Assembly: GCF_009914755.1 (NCBI RefSeq)
Contig: NC_060937.1
Origin: the human T2T-CHM13v2.0 reference genome, Homo sapiens
Reading direction: 5' to 3' (one strand)
Length of the DNA stretch: 64,000 bases
Position 1 is the first letter of the stretch. Every line of letters starts with the position of its first letter. The notes beneath the pieces were generated by a model that made no database searches, was not told where the DNA came from, and saw only the letters and a program-made list of their open reading frames with translations. This document shows positions 1-12,605 of this stretch, piece by piece. Both the position numbers and the translations under genes were made by a program.

Positions 1-278
1 TTAGTGGCTACTCTCAGGTCCTTGCAATGTGGCAATCTCTCAGACCTCCCTTTCTAGGACCAGCTTGAGAAAACTCTCTTCCCTTAAAAGACTCCTGTGA
101 TAAGATCAGGTCCATTGGGACAATCTCCCTTTCTTAAAGACAATTGTGCCACAGGATACAACCTAATCACAGAAGTAAAATCCATCAAATTCACAATTCC
201 AGGGATTATGCAAAACATGTACTCTAGGCTGAAGCAGACAGGAACTCTTGGGGGCCAGCCAGAATTGTGCATTCCACA
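1..278 (-). mobile_element. MLT1 (ERVL-MaLR) solo LTR, partial (MLT1E/F/G-like)
   Basis: Ends gggggccagccagaattgtgcattccaca, the reverse complement of the MLT1 5' terminus TGTGGTAGGCAGAATT..GGCCCC; internal gataagatcaggtcc and aacctaatcacag motifs. Confidence 0.7.
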
Positions 279-381
279 TTCATTTACGTGGCTTATAATT
301 AGTGATACTTGGCTTTATTTTTACCTTATTCCTTTTCTTATTTTTTATGTTTCTATTTGTCCTTTTTGTTTAATTTTTTCA

Positions 382-724
<343 letters not shown>

Positions 725-744
725 AGAAATACTTTTTTGTTTGC

Positions 745-1340
745 TTGCTGTCTTACACATTCTATTCCCATTCAATTTCTTTGGGAAATTATACATTGAA
801 CCTCTGTTCTTTCAGCAGTTATTCTCAATTTTTTTTAAACAAGTATAATTAACAAACTATATAAGGACATTAGAAACTAACTCCCAATGTCCTCTCCAAA
901 TTTAAATGTTATTACAGTCTAATACTTCAGCTCTATCATTGTATAAAAATCCTATCAATCAGACCGTATTAATAGTATTTTAAGAAGAAAATGTGCACGC
1001 TTTTATAAAATGCCTTTTTTTAGTCATTATTCCATATTACAGCTCAGATCATCATTTTGGGTTCTATTTTTAACTCAGCAATAATAAGTTGGAATCTTTT
1101 AGCTGAATGCTTTAGAATTTCCTTTTAGTCTCTCAGTTTTTGTTCAAAACTGTCCTTATTTTTGTCAATATTTTGAAGGTATTTCACAGAATTATAGTGA
1201 GTGACCACACAGCTTTATGTGGACATTGTCTATCAGCATTTTGAAAATATTATCCCATTGTCTTCTAGCTGCCACTGTTGATATTGACAGGTTGGCTGTC
1301 AGTCTACTGGTGTTTTCTTTGTAAACTGATGTCACCTTCT
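745..1340 (-). mobile_element. Old L1M fragment (ORF1/5' region, antisense)
   Basis: T-rich; contains tttgaaaatattatcccattgtcttctagctgccactgttgatattgacaggttggctgtcagtct, typical of antisense L1M 5' regions. Confidence 0.55.
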
Positions 1341-1469
1341 TGCTAGTACCTACTCCTCCATACTGCTGGAAGTAGCATTTCTATGAAAAATAAGTGATCA
1401 AATGATTGTCATTAACTATTGGCTTTGTAAAAGTTGTTTTCTTCATTTCTATGAAGATCTTATTATTAT

Positions 1470-1660
1470 TGATATGGACAGGAGGCAAGGAAATATTGGG
1501 TAGAACAGGGTGGTTCCCCAGCAAAGGCCTCAGCCTCAAGCCTGGAAACTGGCAGCTCTAAAGAGAACAGGTATTCCCTGTTTTCACGCCCAAATGTTGC
1601 CTTTTCCAAGACTACTCTGGCCTGCCACGACTCTATCCTGTGCTCATATAAACCCCTGAC
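1470..1660 (+). mobile_element. ERV1 LTR 5' fragment, LTR1/LTR27/LTR28 group
   Basis: Starts tgatatggacaggaggcaaggaaatattgggtagaacagggtggttccccagcaaaggcc, matching the LTR1-group 5' end; truncated after about 190 bp. Confidence 0.8.
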
Positions 1661-2339
1661 CCCCACAGCCACCCCGTCACCAAACAGATGTTTATATAGT
1701 TAATACATCCTTATCATATATAATCTAGTTGCTACTTTTCTTAGTATTTTAGCTGTCATAAAGGACTTCATGATAAAATAGCAGTAACTCCATTGGCATC
1801 TTCCCTGGATGTCTCTCATGAATCTTAGACTCTTAATGGGTCATAAGAGTTACACAGACTTTATACCTGGTTTTGGAAAAGCATGAACTCAAAGTAAATT
1901 TAATTAAATTATCTATTCCACAACCTCTCTTCACAACAGAAAACTATATTCTCTATGGATAATCACATAAAATTATACAAAGGCTAATAAAAAGGGAAAA
2001 ACCTTTTTCCCCTTCTTACATGGGCCAAAAAGACATAAAATCTAACCTTAAAAATTCAATGTTTCTTACATAAAACTAGACTTTCTCATTTGAATGTGGC
2101 ATGAAGTGGTTCCAGGTAGGCAAAACTAAAAGGAAATAAGATAAAAATGCAAAGGAAGTACAAACTTTCTATTACTTATTTTAAACTATTTTTGACGTGG
2201 GAATTTGTTCTGCGTTGTGCACTGCTCAGCATGCCTCTGCCTTGGCTCCGGTTATCTTCTCATGGTCCTCATCTATTTTGCAGTCTAACTTCTCTAGTGA
2301 CATAAGATATAATTTCCTAAAAAAGAGATTTTTCTAACA

Positions 2340-2745
2340 AGAAAAGGCAGGGTAAAGGGCAAGAGAGTGCCATGGGAGGAGGTGCTACTGAGATTGGGTG
2401 TTCATAGAAGGCCTGCCTGATAAAGTGAGACGTGATCTGAAACCTGAATAAAGTAAGGATGGTGTCCTTGTGGACAGTGCTCCAGAGACAGGAGCTGGGA
2501 GAGCTGTGAGTAGGCAGGGGCACCCAAGGAATCCCTGGGAGGCCAGGGGAGGTGTGGCAGGAAACATGGGAGGAGCTAAGATCAGAAATGGGGGTGAGGA
2601 GCAAGGCTATGGAGGCCCTGTGAGGAGATGACAGGATTTTGAATTTTATCTTGAGAAGGAAAGTTTTTGAATAGAGGGCTGATATGATCTGATTTATGTT
2701 TTAAAAGGATCATTTTGGCTGTGATGGGGATAACAGACTGGAGAA
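2340..2745 (-). mobile_element. L2 LINE fragment
   Basis: Purine-rich antisense L2 hallmarks gaaggcctgcctgataaagtga and gatatgatctgatttatgttttaaaaggatcattttggctg. Confidence 0.8.
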
Positions 2746-2884
2746 AAACAAGAACTTTCCACAGCCCACAAGAAAAATTCAAACTACTGAGACTATCAAT
2801 GAAGACACTTTAAAATAAAGGACAGACCTAGAGACTCTTCAAGTTTACTGATGTTCAGAATAACCTGCTGTTCAGTGAGTATTA

Positions 2885-3035
2885 CACTGTCTTTCACATG
2901 GTTTTATTTCTGCTTATGCTATTTCTGAAGCCCAAAGTGCCGGTTCTTCTTTTCACAGACTGGCAAAATCCTACTCATTCCAAATGGGCCAGCTCAAATG
3001 TCACTGTTTGGTGAAGCCTTCCTTTATGACCCTGG
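2885..3035 (+). mobile_element. L2 fragment
   Basis: ctggcaaaatcctactcattcc..cagctcaaatgtcactg..tgaagccttcc. Confidence 0.6.
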
Positions 3036-3406
3036 GATAGTTGAACTTTTTTCTGCTTCTCTTCCACCCCAACGTTATGAATGTGACATAAAATTTGAGT
3101 CACAAAAAGAAAACATAACAAAAGGTAAGTAGGTAATTATACACTGTAGACAACTGCTTTATATAACTCTAAGAAAAGTTAGACTCTCCATAATAGGAAA
3201 CATAGATAAGATATCAAAACACACAGTAAAACCACAATAATTAAAACGCAGAACAAAAATGTCCTGAAGACAAGGGGAGGTATATAAACACACATAATTC
3301 TATCTACATCATGCCTTGCAGATCAATCCTATGAAGATATCAACAAAAACAATGACTTAATTACTCAAAGCAGTAGAGGGCCTTGGTGCCAACACAATCT
3401 CTACAA

Positions 3407-3621
3407 CAGAAGTTCACAAACTGGGGCCTGCAGGCCAAATCCCACCAGATGGTGTTTATAAATAGTGGACATGGAACACCACGCCCTCTCATTTGCATAT
3501 CCCCCTCCAGCTGCTTTTGCACTACCTACTCAGCAGAGCAAGAGTCTTTGTGATGAGCCATATGGTTCACACAGCCTAAATAAAATACTTACTCTTCATA
3601 AAACAAGTTTGCTGACCCTTG
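3407..3621 (+). mobile_element. MER58A (hAT-Charlie MITE)
   Basis: caaactggggcctgcaggccaaatcc ... agtttgctgacccttg; length and internal motifs match MER58A. Confidence 0.8.
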
Positions 3622-3629
3622 CTCTGCCC

Positions 3630-3970
3630 CACTCCTCCACAAGCTCCTTAACTACTTGAGGTTCTCAAATAAGTCCTGATCCTTCAGTCGTCTCAGTGAC
3701 TGCTCATGCTAGCCGTTCTGCCTGGAGCATGGTTCTCTACCTCCTCTGCCTGGATAATCCCACTGCTCCTTTGAGACTCAGCTCAAGCCACCTCTAATAA
3801 GATGCTCCTCACTCTCCACCGTGCACAAAGACCCCTCCTCTCTGGTCCACACCTGCTCATGAATACTTGGAAACTGACACTCAGCCCACCTGATTTTAAC
3901 TATTTATATACTTGCCACCCCACTTAGATATCCCTGAAACAGGAAATGTTTTCTGGACTTCACTTTTCCT
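3630..3970 (+). mobile_element. L2 fragment
   Basis: gctcatgct..tctgcctggagc..tcctttgagactcagctcaag. Confidence 0.6.
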
Positions 3971-5896
3971 CTCCAAATGAACAAACACCAAACTGTTCAG
4001 CTTCTTTGTTTAGCATCAGATCCAGGCTAACGAAGAGTTAAATGAGTTAGAAGGGAGTTCAATTAGTTTATTGCCTCATAGGACACATCAGCATGGTAAA
4101 GTGATCACAGGCCATTAAGCGTAGGGGTGAAAACTGTATAAGGAATTATTCCTCTTAAACATCTATGTAGAGTCTTGGGTCCTGATGAGGAATTGCCTCC
4201 AACCTGTGACGGAGGTTCCTCTGCTACTTCCTGCTGCTTCCAGATGCCTCTAGCCATGACTCAACCATTCGCTTCCTAATTTGTTGCTTCCAAACCACTC
4301 TAGGAGCTGGAAAGCAAAACAAACATGTGGTAAAACTGGTACCTAAAACTAGAATAAATAGGCTTTTAAGGACCTATGGGATTTTTCTTTCACAGGTGCA
4401 TGAACAGGGCTGGTCTCCCAAAGACAATTTTTCTAAATCCCAGATTCTTGGCTATGTTCTAAATAGATTTGTTTTTTAAATAAATAACCTAGCAGTATAA
4501 CTAACCAAACTGTTATTAAATGGAAAGTTATACTTTGACCTGCTTAAAGAAAAAAACTATCAAAACTTTTGCTTTTAAAAAGACTAGACAATGTTATTAG
4601 CAAACAGAAGTTATTATTGCATTAGAAAATAAAACATACACCTACTTTTAAGTAAGTCTGATATCTGAAAGTGTTAACGTCTAAACAAATTAGAATTTTT
4701 AAATGCACCTATTCACAATCATTAATGCCCAAACATGCTCTCTAGAGATAACAAAAGTCAAATTTCAGGAGTCTTTGCCAAGTGAAAATTAAAAAGAAAT
4801 TAAGCTTGTTTTGGAAATGAAAGGTAAATTAGGGGAAACTTACTCCATTTTTATAAGTCATATATATATAAACCATTATTTATAAAAACATAGATTTCAC
4901 TTTTATTTCTGTATTTTTGCATTCTGCTAGAATCATTAAAGCCTATTTTTCTGTAAAAGATAAAAATATTTGAAGTAACATTTTTTCTTTTAAATTTCTG
5001 AGAAGCTTAAAGCAATAAAATAATTGCTTTCATTTCTTTAGCAAGGTATGTTTTTTCTTGTAATTAATATAAAGGAGCTAAAAATTTTCAACTTATTTGC
5101 TCAAAAGCAATTAAAACCTAGTCAAAGATCTGCTAACTTATAAATATTAAGAAAACCATTCATTTTTTTTTCAAATGGCATGATTTAGTTATAGATTTGC
5201 CAGAGTCAGGAGAATTTCATTTTCTAATCTTTTATGTCCCATATGAAAAGTTTCTCAAATAATATTTCTTCTGCCTGTGTTTTTTCAAAATGCTTTCACT
5301 CTCATTTTGCATCTCCTCTGTATAGACAGGCAATTTTTGCACAACATGATTTTTTTTTCCTAAATAAACTCAGTTGTTTATCAGATAGAGCTAAAAAGTA
5401 CCCGCTGTATGCAAAGCCTAATTTACACTGACAAACTTAAAACAATTCTCCACTTTGGCTTTCCCATTCCAATTTACTGATAACTTTACACATCTAATCC
5501 TGGTCCTAGCACAAGATCATGAATGCTCTTCCTCAATTTTTTACTTAGAGTGTTAATGGAGGAAGAAAGTGGCATTATGTTCTCTATATAACGTTAACAA
5601 AACTTATTATAAAATAAAATAAACAGGTAACTGGGTCTTTTTCATCCATACAACCCAAAATAAACAGCCTGATTTGTGGCTTTGTCTACGAAATGAACAG
5701 AAATTAAAAACTAAGGGCTTGTAAAACGGAATGTTCTATTAGCTCGCTTAATATTGCCTTCCCCACATTTGAAAATACAAAGTGAGGAGGGGTGGCTATG
5801 CTTGATTAGAACAGCTTAGCTACTCTTATCTTTTACCTGGTGGGCTTCTCTGATTTAAGCTGGTTTACATCCATGGCTGGCACTTGAAATACTAAC

Positions 5897-6049
5897 CTCT
5901 GCATACAAACAAATCCTGAAGTTTAAAAACTCCTCTTCTGTAACATTTGAAGAAGATACCCTTTTTGGAATTTTCAGAACTGCATCTTCCTAAATCATTC
6001 TCATTCTGATCATTTTTGACTTTCATACAAATGATAGTCACAGCATATA
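5897..6049 (-). other. Candidate internal exon of an unidentified minus-strand gene (153 nt, phase 1-1, open frame)
   Basis: Minus strand ttccacgtctgtctctttcag|TATATG ... GCAGAG|gttagt; open frame (V)YAVTIICMKVKNDQNENDLGRCSSENSKKGIFFKCYRRGVFKLQDLFVCR; unique sequence; peptide not recognised. Confidence 0.45.
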
Positions 6050-7269
6050 CTGAAAGAGACAGACGTGGAATATACAAAAACAGAGGAACATATTTGTACT
6101 TAGATTTTAATTTATTACACAAAGTGTATATAGATTTAAGGAAGTAAATAATTCTGAATTTAAAAGCAAGTCAATGTATTTAGTGAATAAACATGTAAAG
6201 AGTTTTAAAATCACTGATATGTAACACTTCCGTTTCAAAAACAGGCTGCATGAGAAATGTCAACTACAGAATTTGATTTTTATAGACTTTGGATTTTTGT
6301 ATTACCAACAAAAGAACACATAAGTAATCATATGCCACGATTAAACGGTGATTTAAATAAAAATTATAATATTTGATCCATAAGAGCCAATGATAAAATC
6401 CAAAATGAATGCTTCTAATGTTTTGATATCATCTTAAAAACATTACAAAAGAATTACGAATATTTCAAACCAGAAGCAATACAATGTATTGTACACCAAC
6501 AGAATTTATCATTAACATATTTTAAAGCAAATTATGGAAGGAAATAAACAGCAGCCTCATGTATAGGGCGATTTAGGGAACCATCTCATGTTCAGGCAAA
6601 AGGGTCTTACTCAGGAGTCATACTCTTTCTTCATTTTCCTGTTCATTGTATTGTTATAGTACTGTCTTTGTAAATCGTCTTCTGTTAAATTTAAATAATC
6701 ATCCCCAAATGCAAAATGTACTAATCTAATCATTGTGAGGAGGACTGCTAAATTCAGAATTTCTTCTCCAAATAATTACTATCATTAAAATCAATATTAT
6801 ATTGTCCCCCTCTTTTTAAAATACATTCTGAAGTTTGTTGGTGGCTATTAAATAAAAGATCATGCATTACTGTACATCCTTTTATTAAAAAGCAACTTCA
6901 ATGAGAATAGCAATAAACTCTTTAAAAACAAAAACAGTTATTTGCATGAGAAAAAAATGAGTGATTGAATCAGCCTCACAAGTTTCTCTTTGTTGAAGTA
7001 CCAGTTATCATACAAGCCTTAGGAATGCGTGGCACAGTACTGCAGAAGTCAGACGATAAATTTAAATGTCCTTGCCAAACTGGTAACCTGCCTTACATAA
7101 ACGACACGACATCCAATCAAGGTAGCACGTGGTTAGGGATTTTTCTTTTTCTCTTTGGTAAACTGAAGAGATGTGACAGGGAAGAACCCCCTAAGATCAA
7201 GCACAAAAGGAAAATAGATGGGGGATACTGCTGACCTGAAACTGATTTCAGCAGCAGTTAACATGGTAG

Positions 7270-7400
7270 TTAATTCAATCCAAGCTATTTCTATTACATG
7301 TCTAATTATTTGCAAAGCTTTGGGGAGAGCACTCCACGGTAAAGCAAAGATACATCCATCTTTGCTTCAAGGAGCTTATAACCCAGTGTGACAAACAGGC
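7270..7400 (-). mobile_element. L2 3' end fragment
   Basis: ttcaatccaagctattt..catctttgcttcaaggagcttataacccagtg. Confidence 0.5.
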
Positions 7401-8286
7401 ATGTACATAGTTTAACTGTAAAGAACAACATGACAAAAGGTAGGGCATTTGCCTCTAGTAGATAGTTGATAAAATAATTAACTCATATTTTAAAAAAGCA
7501 TTAACTTTTGTTGGAAGTTAAATTTAGGGTGATATGACATTGTGTGAGATAAACCATATTTCTGTTCCACACTGAGTAGCTATTCTGCCATGAACTCTGA
7601 TAAAATGGAGTGGCAGTCAACTTAATTATAGATAGAAGTTATCTGGAGAAAGCTGATCAGCCTGCCTTTCTGAGGTACCTTCTCCGAATTTAACGCAGTT
7701 GGGAAAAACAGAAACATTTTTTTTGACCACTATGTGAAAACTTTAACTCCCCTACTTAGTTTCCAAAAAGCTAACAGAATAAAACCTCAGTTTACCTATC
7801 AATATTATGTCTCGAAATAAGATGGAACTCTTTCTCATCTGGAAGGAAGATATTAACAGTACCTGCCCTCCTAAAGTTGTTCTGAGGATTGAATGTGTTG
7901 TTTGTCTAAAATGCAACTGTACCTATATTCTTCTCTTTTCTCAGCTGAAGGACATATCAATACCCTGTTGTGGATCTGAATCTTATTCATCTTTAGGCTA
8001 GCGCAAATACGGCCCACAAAATACCATTTTCCCAGACAACCCAAGCCCTCACAATCACATTCTCCAGTGTCCTGAATCTCCCATAGGTGTCACTACAGAA
8101 AAAAACACTTACATTCAATAAAAGAAAAGACTTTTGATAATCATCCTCTTTAAATCAGGAACACTGGACCCAATGCCATCGAGGGCCCTGCTCTGGTCTG
8201 CCTCTGGCCATACCCCTCACCACAGAATGAGGAGTCTGTCAGGACAGAGGAGGATGTGCCCATTCAGGGCCTGTACTTCCCATCCA

Positions 8287-8492
8287 CAGTACTCCCCAAC
8301 AGAACTTTCTGCATGATGGAAATGCCCTCTTTCTGTGCTGTCCCATATGGCAGCCACTACGCCCATGTGGCTACTGAGCATTTGAAATATGCCTAATATG
8401 ACTGAAGAGTTTTTAATTTTATTTAATCTGAATTAATGTAAATTTAAACTTAAAGAGCCACAGGAGATTAGTGTTCACAATACTGGCCACAG
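8287..8492 (+). mobile_element. MER3 (hAT-Charlie MITE)
   Basis: caacagaactttctgcatgatggaaatg..ggcagccactacgcccatgtggctactgagcatttgaaat..tttaattttatttaat. Confidence 0.88.
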
Positions 8493-8529
8493 AGAATTAT
8501 ATGGTCGAGGCCATCTTGATTGCCAATCC

Positions 8530-9225
8530 ATTATTCACTTCTTTGTTTTCATCTTCCCTGATGTTCATCACAGCTGGGCAACCACTTCTTCATGAAGTAC
8601 TTGCTTCTTCTGACCTCTGGGGCACCATACTTCCCTGTTTTTCTGCCTGTATCTCTCCGGCAGTCTTCATAATCTTCTTTGTTGGCTCTACCCATTGTGC
8701 TCAAACTCTCAGTACTGAGATGCTTTAGGACTCAGTCCTGTACTCTCTACTCTAATTACTTTCCTAGGTAATCTCACATGTCAATACGTCATTCACTATG
8801 AAATCTCTATGTCCAAAGACAGATTCCCATAGCCAACAGTGTATTTGAAATCTTCACTTAGCATTTAAATGTAACAAATCCAGAGCAGCAGTCTTAATTT
8901 CTCACCTCTGCAAAAAGCCATCTCCTCTTACAATCTTCCCCCTGTCATTTTTGCATCAACACCTACCTAGTAATTCAAGACAAAACTAAGGGGCTAATCT
9001 TTGATTCATTTCTCTTTCCTCACTCCAAATCCAATTCATAAGTGAGAACTTTTAATTAAACTTCCAAATACACCCCATATTGGTTTACATTACTTCATCC
9101 CTAATATCACAAACCTAGTCCCAGTCACCATGATCTCTAGTCTTGATTTTTGCAGTGGCCTCCAGACCCATCTTCTGCATTCACACTTGCCCTCATCACC
9201 ACCCAGTCTCTGCAACTGCTGATCA
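8530..9225 (+). mobile_element. L2 fragment (ORF2 3' part)
   Basis: Pyrimidine-rich; cttcttcatgaagtacttgcttcttctgacctctggggcaccatacttccctgttttt, gcatttaaatgtaacaaatccag, cctagtcccagtcaccatgatctct. Confidence 0.75.
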
Positions 9226-9259
9226 ATGATGCAGATGTACTTTAAAACAGGTGGTCACA

Positions 9260-9690
9260 CAAAAGTTTAGTGACAAGTGGTCATCTGAATCAAGATTTGA
9301 AATAAGAGAGGAAGGATCAAGCTTTGCTGATATCTAGGAAAAGAGAATTCTAGGAACAGAGAAAAGCAAGGACCACAAGCTATAAATGAAGAATAGCGCT
9401 AATTCAAAGGGAAATGGAAAGGTGCTGAAAGGTTTTTAAGCTTGGGAGAAAAACCTGGTACACAGAGAATACGTTGAAGGGAGTGACAGCAGAAGTTAGA
9501 GAAACCATTTAGGAGACAATTTGTGAAGTCTGAGCGAACAGTTAGGGAGATGGAGACTAATCCAGATAAAAGGCATTTTTAGAAGTTATGAACTGGATGT
9601 GGAATGTGAAGGAATGAGGAAGATCAAGGATAACTCCTATGATTTTGGCTTACAAAACTCGAGGAAGGTTGGTGTTACTTATTGAGTTAT
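9260..9690 (-). mobile_element. L2 fragment
   Basis: gatatctaggaaaagagaattctaggaacagagaaaagcaag; aagatcaaggataactcctatgattttggctt. Confidence 0.7.
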
Positions 9691-10161
9691 TTCAGGTACA
9701 TTAAGGGATAGTTCTGATGGATGGTGGTGTTGGTGGTGGTAGTAGAGGTCAGAATCAAGGGACATGACAAGGGCAGGTACATCACAAAGGCAGTTTCCAA
9801 GAAGGGACAAAGGTCACCAGGTACCAGTCTATGGAAGTGTCACAAAGATGAAGGTCTGAAATTCTAGCCTTCACATGCCATGTATCCTCAATGGGAAATG
9901 GGAGGTTTGCCATTCTGACTATATAGTTAAATAGAAGAGCCAAACGGTTTCGTACATGAGCATGGAGTACAGATAATTTCTCTTAATTCTCTCCACTTAC
10001 CTTTCAGGATATCCATTAATTCTGCATGAATCTGTGCTCAGTGATAGAAAATCTGTGCTCAGTAGAAACCAAATGACAAAATTAACTAGCAGCAATATGG
10101 CACACAGCTACAGCAGCTATTTTTGTGTAAGGTGAACAGCCATATCAGAAGATGGAAAAAT

Positions 10162-10752
<591 letters not shown>

Positions 10753-10958
10753 TCACTAATTCAGATCTTGCACACTCATATGGTTCATCATCATCAGGGA
10801 CACCAAAAATCTTCAAAAATAGAAATTGGTGATACATGTGCTACTGAACAAATATAACTGCCTAATTTTAATCTAGATAGTCTAATCTAAATAAATTGTC
10901 TAAAGTCATTCATAATAATAAAATTAATGTAGTAAAGATGGCAAAGAGAATTAAAAGA

Positions 10959-11365
10959 TGATATGGTTTAGATATTTGTCCTGCCCAAATCTCATATTGA
11001 AATGCAATCCTCAATGTTAGAGCTAGGGCCTGGTGGGAGCTAACTGGATCATGGGGACAGATCCCTCATGGATGGCTTACTACCATGGTAACGAGTGTGT
11101 TCTTGCCATGAGTTCACAGGAGATCTGGTTACATAAAAGAGCTTGGCCCTTCCTCCTCTCTCTTGCTCCTGCTCACCCCATGTTAAACGGCTACTTCCCT
11201 TTGCCTTCCACCATTACTGTAAGGTTCCCAAGGCCCTCACCAGAAGCTGAGCAGATGTTGGTGCCATGCTTCTACCATGAGCCAATTAAACCTCTTTTCT
11301 TTATATTAATAGATTGCCCAGTCTCAGGTATTTCTTAATAGCAATGCAAAAAAAAGCCTAATATA
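10959..11365 (+). mobile_element. MSTB-like (ERVL-MaLR) solo LTR
   Basis: tgatatggtttagatatttgtcc..caaatctcatattgaaat ... gagccaattaaacctcttttcttta..gtctcaggtatttc..gcctaatata; near-matching 5-bp TSD aaaga/aaagg. Confidence 0.9.
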
Positions 11366-11683
11366 AAAGGTATCTTCATTTTTAAAAAGGTTCATTTTGT
11401 TCACATGGTTTTACAAAAAAAAACACACAAATTATTCCTGTTCATCTGAAAGTACTTTAAAATCTTTGTAAATTCCAGAATAAGCATTTGTCTGATATTG
11501 GTCAAGTATTACCTCCATGAATTTAAAAAATGATTTCTGAAAACAGCTCTCTTAGGAAAACCAGTATAAAGGATTACATGACAGGAAGTGATTGAATACA
11601 TAATAATATGATGCTCTTTTGTAAATCTGTTTTATTTATACAAAAGAAACACTGAATATTGATCATTGTATTTATGCGTCTGA

Positions 11684-11993
<310 letters not shown>

Positions 11994-12552
11994 ACAAAAA
12001 CTTTCTAATTTCTAAACAAAAATACTTCAGACTGAAATAACTTTAGGTTACTTCTAATATTTTTATTACAATAGTCCAGCTAAGTCATTAAGACTGTGCT
12101 TTGATTATGAATGCTTTTGGTGAAGAAATTAGATATTGCTGCTATTTAGAGCACTAAAGACAACTTGTAGCATGTATAATTCTGCCATTCATTGTTTCAT
12201 AAAAACTTTTATCAGCAAAACAATATATTTTCTTCATCTTTCATCTGTGTTAGTTAAAAAGAGAAGGTTATTGTGCTTCAGTTTCTTAAAAACAATATGG
12301 TAAGTAATCATCCAAAAAAATAAGAAAAAGATATATGCACATATCTTATTGGGACTGTCACAAAAGAAACAACAATTTTACAGAAAATAAATGTTTTTAT
12401 GCTTTATAAACCTTTCTTACAAGAATGTCATTTGAAAAGGAAGAAATCTCATCAGATTTTAAGGGAGCTGTGAAGACTCAAAACTTGATTCTTTGCTCTA
12501 TCTGCCGTGCTTCATGCTCTTCCTTTATTGTCAAAAAGCTTACCTATGGAGG

Positions 12553-12605
12553 CTCCACTGCATTTGGGAAAGTCACTTAAGTCACTCCACTGCATTTGGG
12601 AAAGT
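12553..12605. repeat. Perfect 21-bp direct repeat, 2 copies, 11-bp spacer
   Basis: ctccactgcatttgggaaagt at 12553-12573 and 12585-12605. Confidence 0.95.

Noticed and set aside
3121-4400. Plus-strand intron from aag|gtaagt (3124) to tttttctttcacag (4395)
   Set aside because: The isolated sites are good, but I found no partner sites or coding frame; expected by chance in 64 kb, although an antisense lncRNA cannot be excluded
5030-5052. 4-nt plus-strand microexon tttag|caag|gtatgt
   Set aside because: Opposite to the inferred host strand, not frame-preserving, no other support
12553-12605. CRISPR-like repeat-spacer-repeat
   Set aside because: Only two copies, an 11-bp spacer, eukaryotic DNA and no cas genes
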